The position numbers and the translations under genes were made by a program. A stretch of 64,000 nucleotides of DNA, taken from Lama guanicoe (Eukaryota). This document shows positions 25,371 through 37,726 of this stretch, one piece after another (the first letter of the stretch is position 1; each line of letters opens with the position of its first letter). The stretch covers positions 17,736,029 to 17,800,028 of the forward strand of contig MU054323.1 of assembly GCA_013239625.1 (NCBI GenBank). The letters run 5' to 3'. The notes below the pieces were generated by a model. It did not search any database and was not told the origin of the DNA. It saw nothing but the letters and a program-made list of their open reading frames with translations.

Positions 25371-25562
25371 ACAGGGAGGTGCTGAAGTTATCTCCTACCT
25401 GTTTATGAGAGCTGATTGTTAAAAACTAAAGAATTATGCAAGCCAGATGTTAAACCTTTGGAATTGGGCCATGGTGGAAGTATTTACATTACAGGAATTG
25501 GCATCTGCTAAAAATCAGGATTTTTTTTTTCTCCAGAGTACTGGTTTATCAGCACGCCATTG
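25371..25562. mobile_element. MER63-like hAT DNA transposon
   Basis: GAGAGCTGATTGTTAAA...CCATGGTGGAAGTATTTAC...AAATCAGG...GGTTTATCAGCACGCCATTG. Confidence 0.7.
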
Positions 25563-25668
25563 TTTATACCTTTGAAACTGCATAATCCAGTTAATACCCA
25601 TTAGCTAGGACTCATGCTGACAACAGTTTGCTGATGAGTTTTGCTAGGCTGAAAAGCCAGTTAATACC

Positions 25669-26168
25669 TGTGTTAGTTTTCTGTAGCTGTTGTACCACAA
25701 ACCAGGTGGCTTTAAACAATCAAGCTTTATTAGCTCACAGTTCTGGAGGCCAGAAGTCCAAAATCAGTATCACTAAGCCAAATTTAAGGTGTTGACAGGC
25801 TTGTGCTCCCTCCAGAAGCTCCAGGAGAGAATCTGTTCCTTGCATTTTCCAGCTTCCAGTGGCTTCCAGCATTCCTTGGTTAGTGGCTTCATCACTCCTA
25901 CCTTCAAGGCCAGTTCAAGGCCAGCATCCCTAAATTTCTCTCTGCTCTATCTTCACATTGCCTTTGTGTGTGAAAACTTCCTCTCTCTTATAAGGACGCT
26001 TGTAATTGCATTTAGGGCCCACACAGATAATCCAAAATAATCTCCTTCATCTCAAGATCTTTAAGTTAATCTCATCTGCAAAGACTGATTTTTCAAGTAA
26101 GGTAGGAGTTACAGGTGCCAGTGACTAGGACCTGGTGTCTTCGGGAGGGCCATTTTAAGCCTACCTAC
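25669..26168 (-). mobile_element. MaLR solo LTR (MLT1C/D-like)
   Basis: TGTGTTAGTTTTCTGTAGCTG...CTCACAGTTCTGGAGGCCAGAAGTCCAAAATCAG...TAGGGCCCAC. Confidence 0.85.
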
Positions 26169-27139
26169 GACAACACCCACCTCAGCAGCCCCTTATATAC
26201 ACAGTCTTAACGATAACATCCTTAACTAGTCTTAACGATAAGGGGCAAAATGTTAATGATAGTAATAGTGGCAGCTCTTTTTTATTGAGGACGTCCTGTG
26301 TACATAGTCATCTCTTCAGCATGTTATTCTTTCCAGAATCAGGAATTGAGTGCTCAAATGTCATAAACTCTCCTTTTGGAGCACCAGAATCCACGCAGAC
26401 GTGTCATGGTATTCATGTCCTGCTTCCCCCTGACCTGCATCTCAAAGTCATTCCCTGGGGCTGTTCACACAGTTGTTCCAGGGGCTCCCATTTTAGGCAG
26501 CTTACTTTGCCTGTCCTCGTCCCATAGTTTCCAATTCTATCCCTTGGGTGCTCATAATGAGCTTATCTCCAACATCAGTACAGGGCTTGACTAAAGGGAT
26601 TGTGGAATGCCCCTGGCCAAGTGAGTGGAAGTCTCCGAGCCAAGGTCAGTTCCTGGGTGGTGGAACCATGACTGATGATAGCATCTCTCAGGAGGGGTCT
26701 GGAGAGGACTGTGAACCATGCCTGTGGGTGATAAGCCTGCAGTTCTCTATCCTGTTGTCTTTGGATAGCCTTTCCTACACTGTGTACCAGAGGAAGGGAA
26801 GGAGACCGAACACTGTTAGGCTCTGTGCTGGGAGCTTCCTTACTGGGCTAAGGATGGTATAAAATCCAATAACATTTTTTTGTGTATTATTCTTCATGGC
26901 TGCAATTAATAACCTGCTAGAACTGTTTTAGAGATGTGGTACATAATAAGTCGATTGGGTTTGGGTAGCCCATCTATTTTTCCGTTAAAATGTAATTTTC
27001 AGTTGTGAATTCAAGCTGGTTGAATCTGGCCTATGTAGTAGCCAGTGTTTCGTGAAGAACTTTCGGCCAGGTTTGCTGAGGTTTTGAAATGCCCTGTGGA
27101 CCATGTGTGATTTTGTATACAAGCAGAGAGTCCTAGGAT

Positions 27140-27375
27140 TTGGACACGGGCAGTAGCAGCAGGTCAGGAGCGGAGCTGGGGAAGGAGGTGGTCTTTGCTC
27201 CACTACTCTGGCTGAAATTCACCTCATATCTTAGAGCGTCAGTTCTTGCATCTGTAAAATGGTGATAATGATTCTGACCTTCCAGGGTTTGGGGAAGGAC
27301 TGAAATGAACTAAGGCATGCAAAATGCCTAGTTTATACTAAGCATTTAATAAGTGGTAGCTATCGCTGTTAGTAT
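27140..27375 (+). mobile_element. MIR SINE
   Basis: CATCTGTAAAATGGTGATAATG core; ATAAGTGGTAGCTAT end. Confidence 0.7.
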
Positions 27376-28059
27376 CATTCATTCAGAAGGAACAAATACT
27401 CTAACAGCAAGTTTCAGACTAAACACCATCTTGCTCTCCTCACGTTAAAGATGCAAGTAATGCCTTCCATGCTTCCCTTTCTGCTTCTGCAGGGCAATAG
27501 CAATTCAAATATTACCTTTTCCTTCTCTGGGGAGGATTTTCTGACCTTGCTAGGTCCCTGACTTTTCTCTCCTGCAGAGCCTGTGAACTTTCTTCCAGAC
27601 AGAGTAACCATCACTCAGAGTAACCTTGGCTTTGTTTACATGCTTATCTCTGTACCTCAAGACCTTCAGCTACTTGAGAGCAAGGGTATCTTGATTTTGA
27701 ACCTTTACTGACTAGCATAATTCCTGGAACATAGAAGAAGCATTAAACATCCTCATTGAATTGAATTTGAAGAAGGTTTGAACTTTTTGAAAAGGAAGCA
27801 AAAAAAAGAACAGATTGAATATTCACTCTAATCCAATCTTCTCCTAAGGGGAAGGCGATTGATGCCATTGCTCTGTTTTTCACATTCCTTCCTAAACTTT
27901 GTTTACTTTGGCTTTTGTTTGGCTCTTGGGATAGAAAGAGGCAATGTTCAACTTTTGTGACTTTAGACCCCCTCTGAAAGGCTAATTACTGACATACTGA
28001 ATTTGGGGTTTTAATTTCATCATTTTATGACTCAGAGTAGGGGGATTTTTGGTTAATTT

Positions 28060-28310
28060 GATGGCGAGTAACTTTAGCTTACTATCCATGCTACAAACTG
28101 ATATATGAGGCCATTGAGCTAAGTCCTTTACATGCATAATCTTATTTAATCCTTTCCACAGCTCCATGAGGTAGGTGTTATTATGATGTCTACTTTATAG
28201 CCAAAGAAATTGAGGTACAGAAAATAACTGGATCAGGATCATGGTAGGTTTTACCCTGGGTTTATAAGCCTCTAAAGTCTAACTTTTGAACACCACACTG
28301 TACTGCTTCT
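28060..28310 (-). mobile_element. MIR SINE
   Basis: TCTTATTTAATCCTT...CCATGAGGTAGGTGTTATTATG...GAAATTGAGGTACAG. Confidence 0.7.
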
Positions 28311-28397
28311 AGGCTGAACTGTTTTCTTAGGCTGTGTTAGAGAAATGGTTCTGAAAGAGAAGGCAATTCAGCCTTTCACTAAGTACTAGTTGAACAC

Positions 28398-28753
28398 TGC
28401 CTTAGCTGGGGCTGCCATAGCCAAATACTGTTGCTGGGTGACTAAAACAACAGATTTTTATTTCTCACAGTTGTGGAGACTGGGAAGTCCAAGAGCTGGC
28501 TTGGCGAGGACCTGCTTCCTGGGCTCTTGGTGTGCTCATCTGGCCTTTCTTTGGTGAATGTGTATGAGAGAAACATATCTCTCTGACTTCCTCTTCTTAT
28601 AAGGGCACTAATCCCCAAATGAGGGCCTCACCTTCGTGACCTCTTCTAAACCTAATTACCTCCCAAAGACCTCATCTCCAAATACCATCACATAGAAGGT
28701 TAGAGCTTTAATAGATGTATTTGTTGGGGGACACAAATATTCAGCCCATAACA
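28398..28753 (-). mobile_element. MaLR solo LTR (MLT1A-like)
   Basis: GGCTGCCATAGCCAAATAC...CTCTTCTTATAAGGGCACTAATCCC...GGGGACACAAATATTCAGCCCATAACA. Confidence 0.85.
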
Positions 28754-31362
28754 AGTACTAACTAGAATTCTCTAGAGTATGTTAGACTAAACTCTGGGGG
28801 GTGGGAGGGAAGGAAATGAAAGAAAAGAGCACAGAGGGCCTGGACCAGGGAGAGACCAGCAAGTGACCCAGGGCCCAGCGTTCAAGGACCTGCAGGTGCC
28901 TACTCTGCTCTTGAACAGACCTGCCGGGCCATGAACCACCGGCCCCAGTCCCAGCCCTGCAGCACTTCCTTTGCTCTTGGGGAACTCAGTGCTGAGCAAG
29001 GGCCTATATCAGTGTGGGTCAGACCAGGAGAGCAAAACCACACAGTGATTCAAACGGGAAGTTTAAGATAAAGAATTATTAACTAGCAGTCTATTGTTTA
29101 GAAACCCGTGAGGACACAGAGGGAGAAAATCTGGCAAGCGAAGCCAAGGAGTTCTGACCTTCAGGATGAGAGTAAAGACTTTGTTTTCCCTTCAGGCTAT
29201 GCCCCAGTGAGCACGACTTGCCCTGTTTATTAGGCAGCATTTCCTTTCAGATCACCCCAGGCATGCAGGCTATTTTAAAAATCTAAATAACCTCTCAGTC
29301 AAACTAACATTCCGAGAGAGAAATGTTTTCATCTGTTTTTTCCCAGAACAGCCTTTAAGTCTGGGAGGAAGTGCAAACACGCTGGGTGATGGTCCGTATA
29401 CTTTGAAATTTATGGGAATCCAGAAGTTTTAGCAAAAGTACACATAAATCTCAAAGAAGAATTAAATATAATTTGAAATCACACAGATTGTATAGTAGAA
29501 TTTGACTACGGGTCAAATCACTACAGCTGTTTGTCATCTCTCATTTAAACTACAGTGACAGAATTGCTTAAACAAATTCCCTTCTTTTCTCAAACTTTCA
29601 AAGTATTTAATATTTGCATAATGATTAGTCCCCAGTTCCAGAGGAAATTCCCAAAGGGAGGGACAACACGGAAGCACATTAAATTTCAACCACACGGGAA
29701 AGAGAAAAGAGGTAGCGTGTCAAATCTTCAGTTTTGGAGCCTACACTCTTGGGAGAATTCTAAATATTGGTGGTCATTCTGTTGAATATTAAACTGAGGA
29801 CCGGATGACTGAGAGAACACAATCCCAAACATTTGGACAATATGTGCTAACTAGGTCAAAGGCACAGCTCCAACTAAGGGATGATACCAGACCCCGTGTT
29901 TATAAATCTTGAGTATTTCAGGAACGTTTTATTCTATGCTTTGCAAGGGCCAACTCCTTCTTCACAGAACCCTGGAATACATCTCACCTGCCTAATCCAA
30001 GTAAAGCTCTGAGTATGCGCCTTTACATAGAGGGTCTCTAACTGGCTATTTGCTATGATTTCCAGGGCTCCAGGAAGCTTTCGGGCCAAGGAAAGGGCAG
30101 CAGGCTTGGAGAGCGCTCGCGGGCCTTGATATTTGACCTGTAAAATTGAGGCCCTGGGCTAGACCAAAACTCTGAAACTGGCTGCAGTTTAAAATTACCT
30201 CGGGGAGCTTTAAGATAATGCCCAATCCTTGATCCCACCTTGGGCTAGTTAGATCAGGATGTTAGGCAGGTGGGCTCAGAACATGAGTATTTAAAAAAAA
30301 AAAAAAGCCTTCCCAAGTGGCCCCAATGTATAGCAAGTTTTGAGAGCCACTTGCAGCTCTAACACATGACGCTATTGATACCTCCGTGATGAATATCTTG
30401 CGGATAAACCTTTATACACATCTAAAAGATTGTTTTTATTGGGATAAACTCTCATTGAGAGTCAACCACGTGTGAACATGTGTATACATTTGGATGAAGT
30501 CTAAATGGGAGCACACAAAAATGTACACACAAAAAACAAAAACAAATGTACTAGGGTACAGGGATAAAGGGCATTTTTCTTTACAATTTCTAAAATACGA
30601 TGTTGTTTTCATTACAAAAAAAAAACCCCCACTAATTACCAAACACTCCCTCCCTATTCATTGGCGCTTTTGGGTTTTGGGCTGTTTTCAGAAGGCCGTT
30701 GAAGTCTGCCCTCTGAACATGATAAAAGCATCTGTGTTATTTGGTCAGAGCTGGGTTTCTCAAATAACTTTGTCTCACTGCCCTGAAAAAGTATTTCGGG
30801 AAAAACTGAAAGTTCTCTGTGGGTGGGGGCCCAGCATAACGTGGTCATTCAATGCATATTCAACTATGATGACTAACAGGATCTCATGACTCTGGTCTGA
30901 AATCCAGGGCTCAATGCATAGTTCATGGATCATGTTCATCAACCAGGGCCGTCATAAATATTCATCTAACGCCTGTCTTCGTTAGGTGGTTATTAGCCTG
31001 GCAAAGAAAGACATGTGTGGAGAAAATGAAAGTGATAAATTCCGTCTATATTTACTCTTGTTTGAAAGGCCAATTTATTTTTAGAGTGCTCTTTGATATA
31101 ATCCTTTAATAAAAGGAAGTTTCCTTTAGAAATCGTTTTCTGTTTTCAAGTTTAACAATTTGGCACAAAGGAAGTTTATTAATGTTTTGCTTGTTGAATG
31201 GATGTTGGCCAAATGGTGGACTGTGCAGAAGAGTCCAGTTCAGAGAAGAATAATATCTAAAGCACTGCTCTTAAAAGATTAAATTGATGCCTCCTTGACT
31301 AACAGGACTCTGGAGTTGTTTTTCTAATGCAAAGAGCTGGCAGTGAACCATTTCACCCTTAC

Positions 31363-31418
31363 CTGGTCCTCTTGGTGATCAATAACCCTGAGATTGTTGC
31401 ATGGGGTTAGGATACTGT
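31363..31418 (-). other. Candidate 56-nt exon
   Basis: Minus strand CCCTCTTCTATTCACAG | ... CCAG | GTAAGG; one open frame (SILTPCNNLRVIDHQEDQ). Confidence 0.25.
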
Positions 31419-31435
31419 CTGTGAATAGAAGAGGG

Positions 31436-31634
31436 CAAGAACTGGCAAACTTTTTCTTTAAAGGACCAAATAATAAACATTAGACTTTACTAGTCAACTC
31501 TGGTGTTGTTGCTTTAAAGGAGCCATAGGCAATATGTAAACGGATGTAGCTGGGGTCCCAAAAAAGTTTATCAGAAAGAACAAACAGGCAGCAGGTTGTA
31601 TTTGACTTATTAGGCCATAGTTTGCGCACTGCTG
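31436..31634. mobile_element. MER58A-like hAT-Charlie MITE
   Basis: TGGCAAACTTTTT...GCCATAGGCAATATGTAAACG...GGCCATAGTTTGC. Confidence 0.75.
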
Positions 31635-31639
31635 GAAAA

Positions 31640-31946
31640 GAGTAAAGCTAATGTTTCTGCCCTCCAGATCCATATGTTGAAATCTTACCCCCTGCAAGGT
31701 GATGGTAATAGAAGGTGGGTTTCTTGAGAGGTGATTAGGTCATGAGGGCAGAACCCTCATGAATGAGATTAGTGCCTTTGTTTACAAGAAGCCTCAGGGA
31801 AAAGATGGCTGTTTAAGAAGCAGACTCTCAGCCAACACTGAATCAGCCTGCACCTTGATCTTGAACTATGAGAAATGCATTTCTATTGTTTATGAGCTAC
31901 TCAGTCCATGGCATTTGTGTTATAGCAGGCAAAACAGACTAAGGCC
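31640..31946 (+). mobile_element. MaLR LTR (MLT1A-like), internally deleted
   Basis: CATATGTTGAAATC...GGTGATTAGGTCATGAGGGCAGAACCCTCATGAATG...GTTATAGCAG...CAGACTAAG. Confidence 0.8.
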
Positions 31947-32032
31947 AGAGGGCTTGTATTGAAACCAGAGAGGAGCAAGCCTCTGCAAGCACATATAGCT
32001 CTTTTTTTTTTTTTAAACATGCGTTTAAAGAA

Positions 32033-32184
32033 TTTTATTTATTTATTTATTTTAAAAATTATTTATTTATTTTTTCGGGGGGGTAATTAGATTTATTTAT
32101 GTTTAGAGGAGGTATTGGGAATTGAACCTAGGACCTTGTGCATGCTGAACAAGTGTTCTTACCACTTGAGCTGTACCTTCCCCC
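32033..32184 (-). mobile_element. Camelid tRNA-derived SINE (Vic-1-like)
   Basis: Reverse complement of the 21541 element: GGGGGGGTAATTAGATTTATTT...GGAATTGAACCTAGGACC...CCACTTGAGCTGTACCTTCCCC. Confidence 0.85.
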
Positions 32185-32344
32185 TCAACATGTATCTCTT
32201 GATTACATAACTGGCAGGGAGCTATGATCCTCTGAGAAGTTCTGAAACTGACCACAAGGAGTTAAGGATGCACAGTTGATTCATTGGCATGATCTTCAAT
32301 GCACCACAGCTGTAACATAAATATTACATTCCAGCAATTGAATA

Positions 32345-32525
32345 CAGTGGTTCCGTAACCCAGCTGCTCATCAGAATCACATGATAATATTAAAATAACG
32401 ACAACAAAACAGCAGATTCCTGAGTGCATCTCATACACAGTGAATCAGAATATCTGAGGGTGAAGCTCAGACATCAATATTTCACAAAGATTTCCCAGAT
32501 TATATAGAGGCAGTCGTCCCCTGCA
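32345..32525. mobile_element. MER5A-like fragment
   Basis: CAGTGGTTC...CATCAGAATCAC...GAATCAGAATATCTGAGGGTG. Confidence 0.6.
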
Positions 32526-32614
32526 CTAGTCTAATGATAAGGATTGAATTATAACATAGGCAAATCCTATTGCTTCTTTGTACCTAAGTTTCTTCATTTG
32601 TGCCAAAATAGAAT

Positions 32615-32813
32615 TGTGTTGGCTGATACGGTAGCAATTGGCCACGTGTGGCTATTTAAAATAAAATTAATAAAAATTAAACAAAGTTTAAAATTTCATT
32701 CCTCACTTGTATTAGCTACATTTGAAGTAGTTAATAGCTACATGTAGCTAGTGGCTGCAGTATCACAGAGTGCAAATACAGAACATAACCGTCATTAGAG
32801 AAAGTTCTGTTGA
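32615..32813 (-). mobile_element. MER3-like hAT-Charlie MITE
   Basis: GGCCACGTGTGGCTATTTAAA...AGCTACATGTAGCTAGTGGCT...AGAAAGTTCTGTTG. Confidence 0.75.
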
Positions 32814-32814
32814 T

Positions 32815-33120
32815 ATCTTATCATCCCGGAAAAGAGGGAAATCACAGAAGTCTACTGAGATTGTAGCAGAAGAACTCAAGAGTGAACATAAGTTTCCATT
32901 GACCAAAGATGGGATAATTTGAGCACCAATGAGAATAATGACTTCAGTGGATTGAAGTGCATTGAACATATTTAAATCCATGAGTTCATGATCATATTCA
33001 ATAAAATTTATTGGTGACTATGCTAGGGAACCAAGTCATTATTTGGAAACTGGAAAATAAAGGGTTGTCAAGCATTTAATCAGTAATTTCATAAAGGAAA
33101 GGCTAGATAAATGCTTGAAG
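32815..33120 (+). mobile_element. L1MC-type 3' UTR fragment
   Basis: GACCAAAGATGGGATAATTTGAGCA...TAAATCCATGAGTTCATG. Confidence 0.6.
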
Positions 33121-33564
33121 TAGTACTGAGATGCACAGCAGAAGGCCCGTTAGCAGGTCCCACAGGAGTGAGCACCTGTCGTCCTTTGCCAGGATCAATT
33201 CAATACAAACACATGCTAGTACTGGTTTTTCTTCCTTTCCTTTCACTCAGCATAGCCTGTACTCTTGTTCTCTGGGATTCCCAAATCAATTGCTTTGTGC
33301 AGACTTCTGACTCAAGCTCTGCTTTGGGGGGAAACTTAGGCAGGATGATTCAAACTCTAGCTTGAACTAAATTCTAGTTCAGATTCTCATAAGAAGATCT
33401 AATGCACCTGATATGGATTTGGTTGCTGGATTATGATCCAGCTCCTGGTCCAATCTCCAGTGAGGGGCTGCCTCTTCCAGAGATTAGGTGGGACTAAAGT
33501 AGAAGAGGTAGAAGGGAGAGATGGTTGTTGGAGGCAGCACTGATGAACATGTTCAGCCTGGGGC

Positions 33565-33715
33565 TCTTCTGCTGACAATGACCTGCTAAACAGCGGCATC
33601 TGTACTACCTGGGAGCTGGTTAGAAATGAGGACCCTCAGGCCCCAGCCGGGCCTACTGACTGCAAATCTGCTTCTTCAGTTTCCCTAGGTGATTTGCATG
33701 TATAGTAAAACACTC
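33565..33715. mobile_element. MER5A-like fragment
   Basis: CAGCGGCATC...CTGGGAGCTGGTTAGAAATG...CTCAGGCCCC...TAGGTGATT. Confidence 0.65.
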
Positions 33716-34033
33716 TAGAGGGAGTAATAATTATCTGGCTCAGGGATATTTTTACAAGAGACAAGATACTGCATCCGAAGTCAACGGGATGCACATACAG
33801 GGGAAGGAGAGCACATGCTGTTCTATGCAGGGAGTAGGGGTGGTTGGAAGAGGAAAAGTGGGATTGAATCTGTGTGAAAACGCTTTAAATCCGTAATAGG
33901 AAAAACAACACCCTGTACCATAAACCTCAAAAAATGTTTGCTGGGAAGACAAAGTAAGCCCACAACCCCAACTCCCCCCAGTAATCAACAGAAAACAGTG
34001 TCTACATGTGTTGCAGACACACAGCAGGTTCTT

Positions 34034-34296
34034 TTCGTGTGTGTGTGTGTGTGATTTTTTTTCCTTTTTCAGTTTTATTAGATAGAATTATTATAGTTTG
34101 ACTGCACATATACATTATATTGCATATAAATACTTATATACAATATATTGCACTTAAAAATTTACATATATGTACTGATCATTGTTTCTAAGAACAGATT
34201 AGAGCTTTAGCTTTTTAAATTTACATAGTTATCAAAGGAATAAAGCAGCTAACCACAAAATAAGAATCAGTATAATGCGATAATACAATCATAAAG
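34034..34296 (-). mobile_element. TPRT retroposed insertion of unrecognised origin
   Basis: Perfect 18-bp TSD GACACACAGCAGGTTCTT (34016-34033 and 34297-34314); minus-strand AATAAA (34074-34079) followed by an A-rich/(CA)n tail. Confidence 0.85.
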
Positions 34297-34515
34297 GACA
34301 CACAGCAGGTTCTTCTTGAACAACTGATACACATTGGAGCCAAGGCTTGTGTTAGGGGCAAGGTGTGTGTTTGTGAGGAAGGCAGAGCCAGTCTTAGAGA
34401 TCTACCACTTCCCTCTGGACACTCTGGGCTTCACCATCCTTTCCTCCCCCACCTCCTCACGTTGCTCCTCCTCAGTTCACTGCCCTCTTGCTCAAGTGAG
34501 AACTCTTAGTTACAG

Positions 34516-34695
34516 ACATGGTGTACTGGTAAATGTTTACCAGCTGGCTCTCCAGAAACAAATATAAAGCTCTGATTTGTAGCACTGGCCCATTTCCATA
34601 TTATAAATACTCCCACCACGGCCGATTGTCAGCTGCCATGACGGTAACTAAACATGGAGTTGGGAGGTGGTACAGACTTGCTCAGCACACCCCAG
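34516..34695. mobile_element. MER63-like hAT DNA transposon, opposite orientation to the 25371 copy
   Basis: TGGTGTACTGGTAAATG...CTGATTTGTAGCA...TAAATACTCCCACCACGG. Confidence 0.7.
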
Positions 34696-37600
34696 GAAAT
34701 AAGTGGAAAACAGGGCAAGTGGGAAAAAAAGGGTCGAAAGGACAAAGTACAGAGGTTTACAGCCTTCCCAGAAGTGAGGGATGGAAAATGAAGTTGATGA
34801 AGGCATGGCATCCTTGTTTTAACTTGTGACTATGATTCCAAAACAGAGCTATCTACTTCTTCAAGTCAAAGCGGCTTGCCTTCTCTCCTGGGCTCCGGGC
34901 TGCAGATCTGGCCATCTCATCCTGTCTGTGGCTGTCTCCTAGCTTCAACTTCATTGGGAATGTCCTTGTGTTATAGCTTTAAAAGACCCAAAAGGTCAGC
35001 TGGAGAAAAGGTTTTAGGACAGCCAGAGTGACTTACAGTCTATATTTACTAACGCTTCTTCCGTAAACATTATCTAGGCTCTGGAATGCTCACACGCACC
35101 CTTCACTGGACACATCACACCCTGTTCTCCTTGGCCTGAGTGTTGTAATGATTCCCACCCATCTCCCTCAGGTGTCACACACCCTGCTTCTCTGGCCAGA
35201 GTTCAAGCCCTCACCTCGTTTCCTGGGATGCCATCCAGGAGCTGCATACCTGTCTTTCCTGGGAAATTTCCAGCTGGCACTTAATTCCCTTCCCTTGGGG
35301 ATATTAGCAAATAATGCATATCTATCTAACTGGCAGTAGACACTGGCAGGTAGCTTAGATCTTTCCCACTGCCCACAAGCACTGCCTTGGGAGCTCAATG
35401 TTGGTTCTCTCAAGGCCTCATCCAGGGGTCTTGTCCTCTCTGGGCACCTCACTAGCCCCATAACCATTGATTTCTGTTTGATGCAGCTCTGGGCCAGCTG
35501 AACCACTCTCTCCTTGCCTTTACCGACAAAATGCACACCTGAATTTCCCATCACTGGTTGCTCATCTTTTGCTTCTTGGAAAGCAACCAGTGTTAGGAAC
35601 CCAGTTCACTACAGATAGCCCAAATTAATGCTTCTTACCCTGCATGAAAAATAATTTTTCATAACCTTTTCTTTGGTGTTGGTGTCTAATCTAATCAACA
35701 TTGATTTTCAGGAAAGAAACACTTCTACTTGCAGGTTTAAAGGAGTCCCAGCATAGTGCTCTGCCTGGGAGGAGCTGTCTTTGCCCCCAGGCACCCCAGG
35801 TGGCATGGTTGAGTTCTGGTGCACCCTCACTTATTTCTTTCCCAGCCAACCCAGAGCAGCCATTAGTTGGGTTTATTCCTTTTAATTCTCATTCTCTCTC
35901 CAAAATCTTTTCTCCTCTGAGCACATACACACATCAACACCCTTTCTTCCAGAGTCAAGGCCAGCTTACATGATGAACAATTTATAACGACAGAAGTGCT
36001 CCAGGTGGCTCAGCGAACTCACCACCATTTTGGTGTCTTTCAGGGATAGCAAAGGCTTCAGGCCAGAGATCAGTGTGTCCTTCCTGCCAGCTGAGAACCT
36101 TACTTCACCCTTTGAGGGTTCCATTCAGGGTGAAAGTAAGAGGTCTCCAGACTAAAAAATGCCCTAAGTTCAAGTTAAATCCAAGTTATGCAGGGAGGAG
36201 TCTCAACTTCTTCTGTCGGGCCCAAGAGGCTGACCATGGAGCATCCTTGACCTTTCTCCATCTCCTAGGTGTCCACTGAACTGCTGTGCAATGTATCTGC
36301 TAACTCTTCACCCACCTTCTGTGAGGCCTCTGCTGAGTTCGGAAGGCTGCCAATCTGGACACAAAATGGAAGTGCCCGAGGGGAGAGATTCTTCCAAAGT
36401 TCTTGGTTGTCAAAGAAATGAACATTATCAAATGGTTCTGAAAGAAATGATGGAAGGAATCAACGTTGTAAGATTAGATGTGAGATTAGATTGTCTATGG
36501 GACTTGGTTCAAGATGAGGCAGGAGCCATAGCAAATTCTGCACTGGAATTGCTAGCATTACGACCAAAGTTTAGGGAACTTATCAGAGAAGGCCAACTTG
36601 AATGGGCACTAATGAATTCATGACTCAAGGCCAGGAATAAGTAAGACCATAGCAACCAAAGTCGCATGGAGCCGAGACGCTATGTAATTATAACACACCC
36701 TAGGGACAGGCATTGGGCTGCAGGATGAGACGGCTGACCTCTACCCAGTGAGCAGATGATCAGATATTTCACTAAAACATGGAGTGTGAATATGTCCAGA
36801 AGAATTCTTAGGGCATGTAAATACTTTAGCTCTCTTTCTCTTTTATTAAAACCCTTCTTTGGACAAAGGACTAAACTAGATATGGGCAGATCTTTAAAAT
36901 GCATAAGATCAGGTGGCTTGTGTATTGTAGGTACTCAGAAAATGGTTTATTGATTACAACGTAATAGAGCTCATCACCTGTCATGGGCGGCTATGGCCGT
37001 GGTCTTTCAAGAGTAAGTGACTGTGACAGATATTGAGTATGTACCACAGTGTTCTGTAGTGCCCAGTCCTTAGATGGGCTACCCCTCTGCTAGGACAGGG
37101 CTTCATCTGTTTTTTCCAAAGTGGGTAAATGTTGACGGTTCCCTTGGCCTTAGAAGAAGTAAGACATAGCACAGGGCATTAATATTGTCTTTTTTTTTTT
37201 AACCACCATAGAATTAAAATAGTACACATTAACAGAACTATAACTTAAAAATCTCAGAAGTATTTAGAAATTAAGGAAAACTTCAAAAAAAATCTTGAGT
37301 TCAGGCTGAGAGGGTCAGATGTGTACATTAACACATATCTTGAAATCAGGCAAGTAGCCTTTCCCTCATCCTCCTCCCTTCCAAAAATATCTTTCCAAGA
37401 TATTCTCTGCTGGTTTCCCAGCGCAGTTAGGTCTTGGTCTGCCTTATAAGGGATTTCAGGGCTTTAAGAGCTCTCACCATAGGAGGTTTTTCCTGCTGTT
37501 CTGCCTGAGTTGCCTTCTGCTTAATTTTAGTTCATTATGTCTGTAAAGACAGGGAGGGCTTTATGGGGCAAAAGGCCCAATCATGGGAAGAATGAATCAT

Positions 37601-37707
37601 GCCAAGACAGCGAGAGGGCTGGAAGTCAAAGGCAGCTGAGGCGCAGGAAGCTGTGGGTGGATGGATTACTGAAAACAGCATCAAAATGCTGTCTTTTCTC
37701 TCTGTTA

Positions 37708-37726
37708 CTCCCACTAGGGGGTGCAT
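37708..37726 (+). promoter_or_regulatory. CTCF-like motif
   Basis: CCACTAGGGGGTGC (37711-37724), close to the CTCF core CCA(C/G)(C/T)AG(A/G)(G/T)GGCGC. Confidence 0.45.

Noticed and set aside
36291..36623. 110-aa ORF
   Set aside because: No recognisable homology or splice context; contains a local duplication (VRLDVRLD) and may be old LTR sequence.
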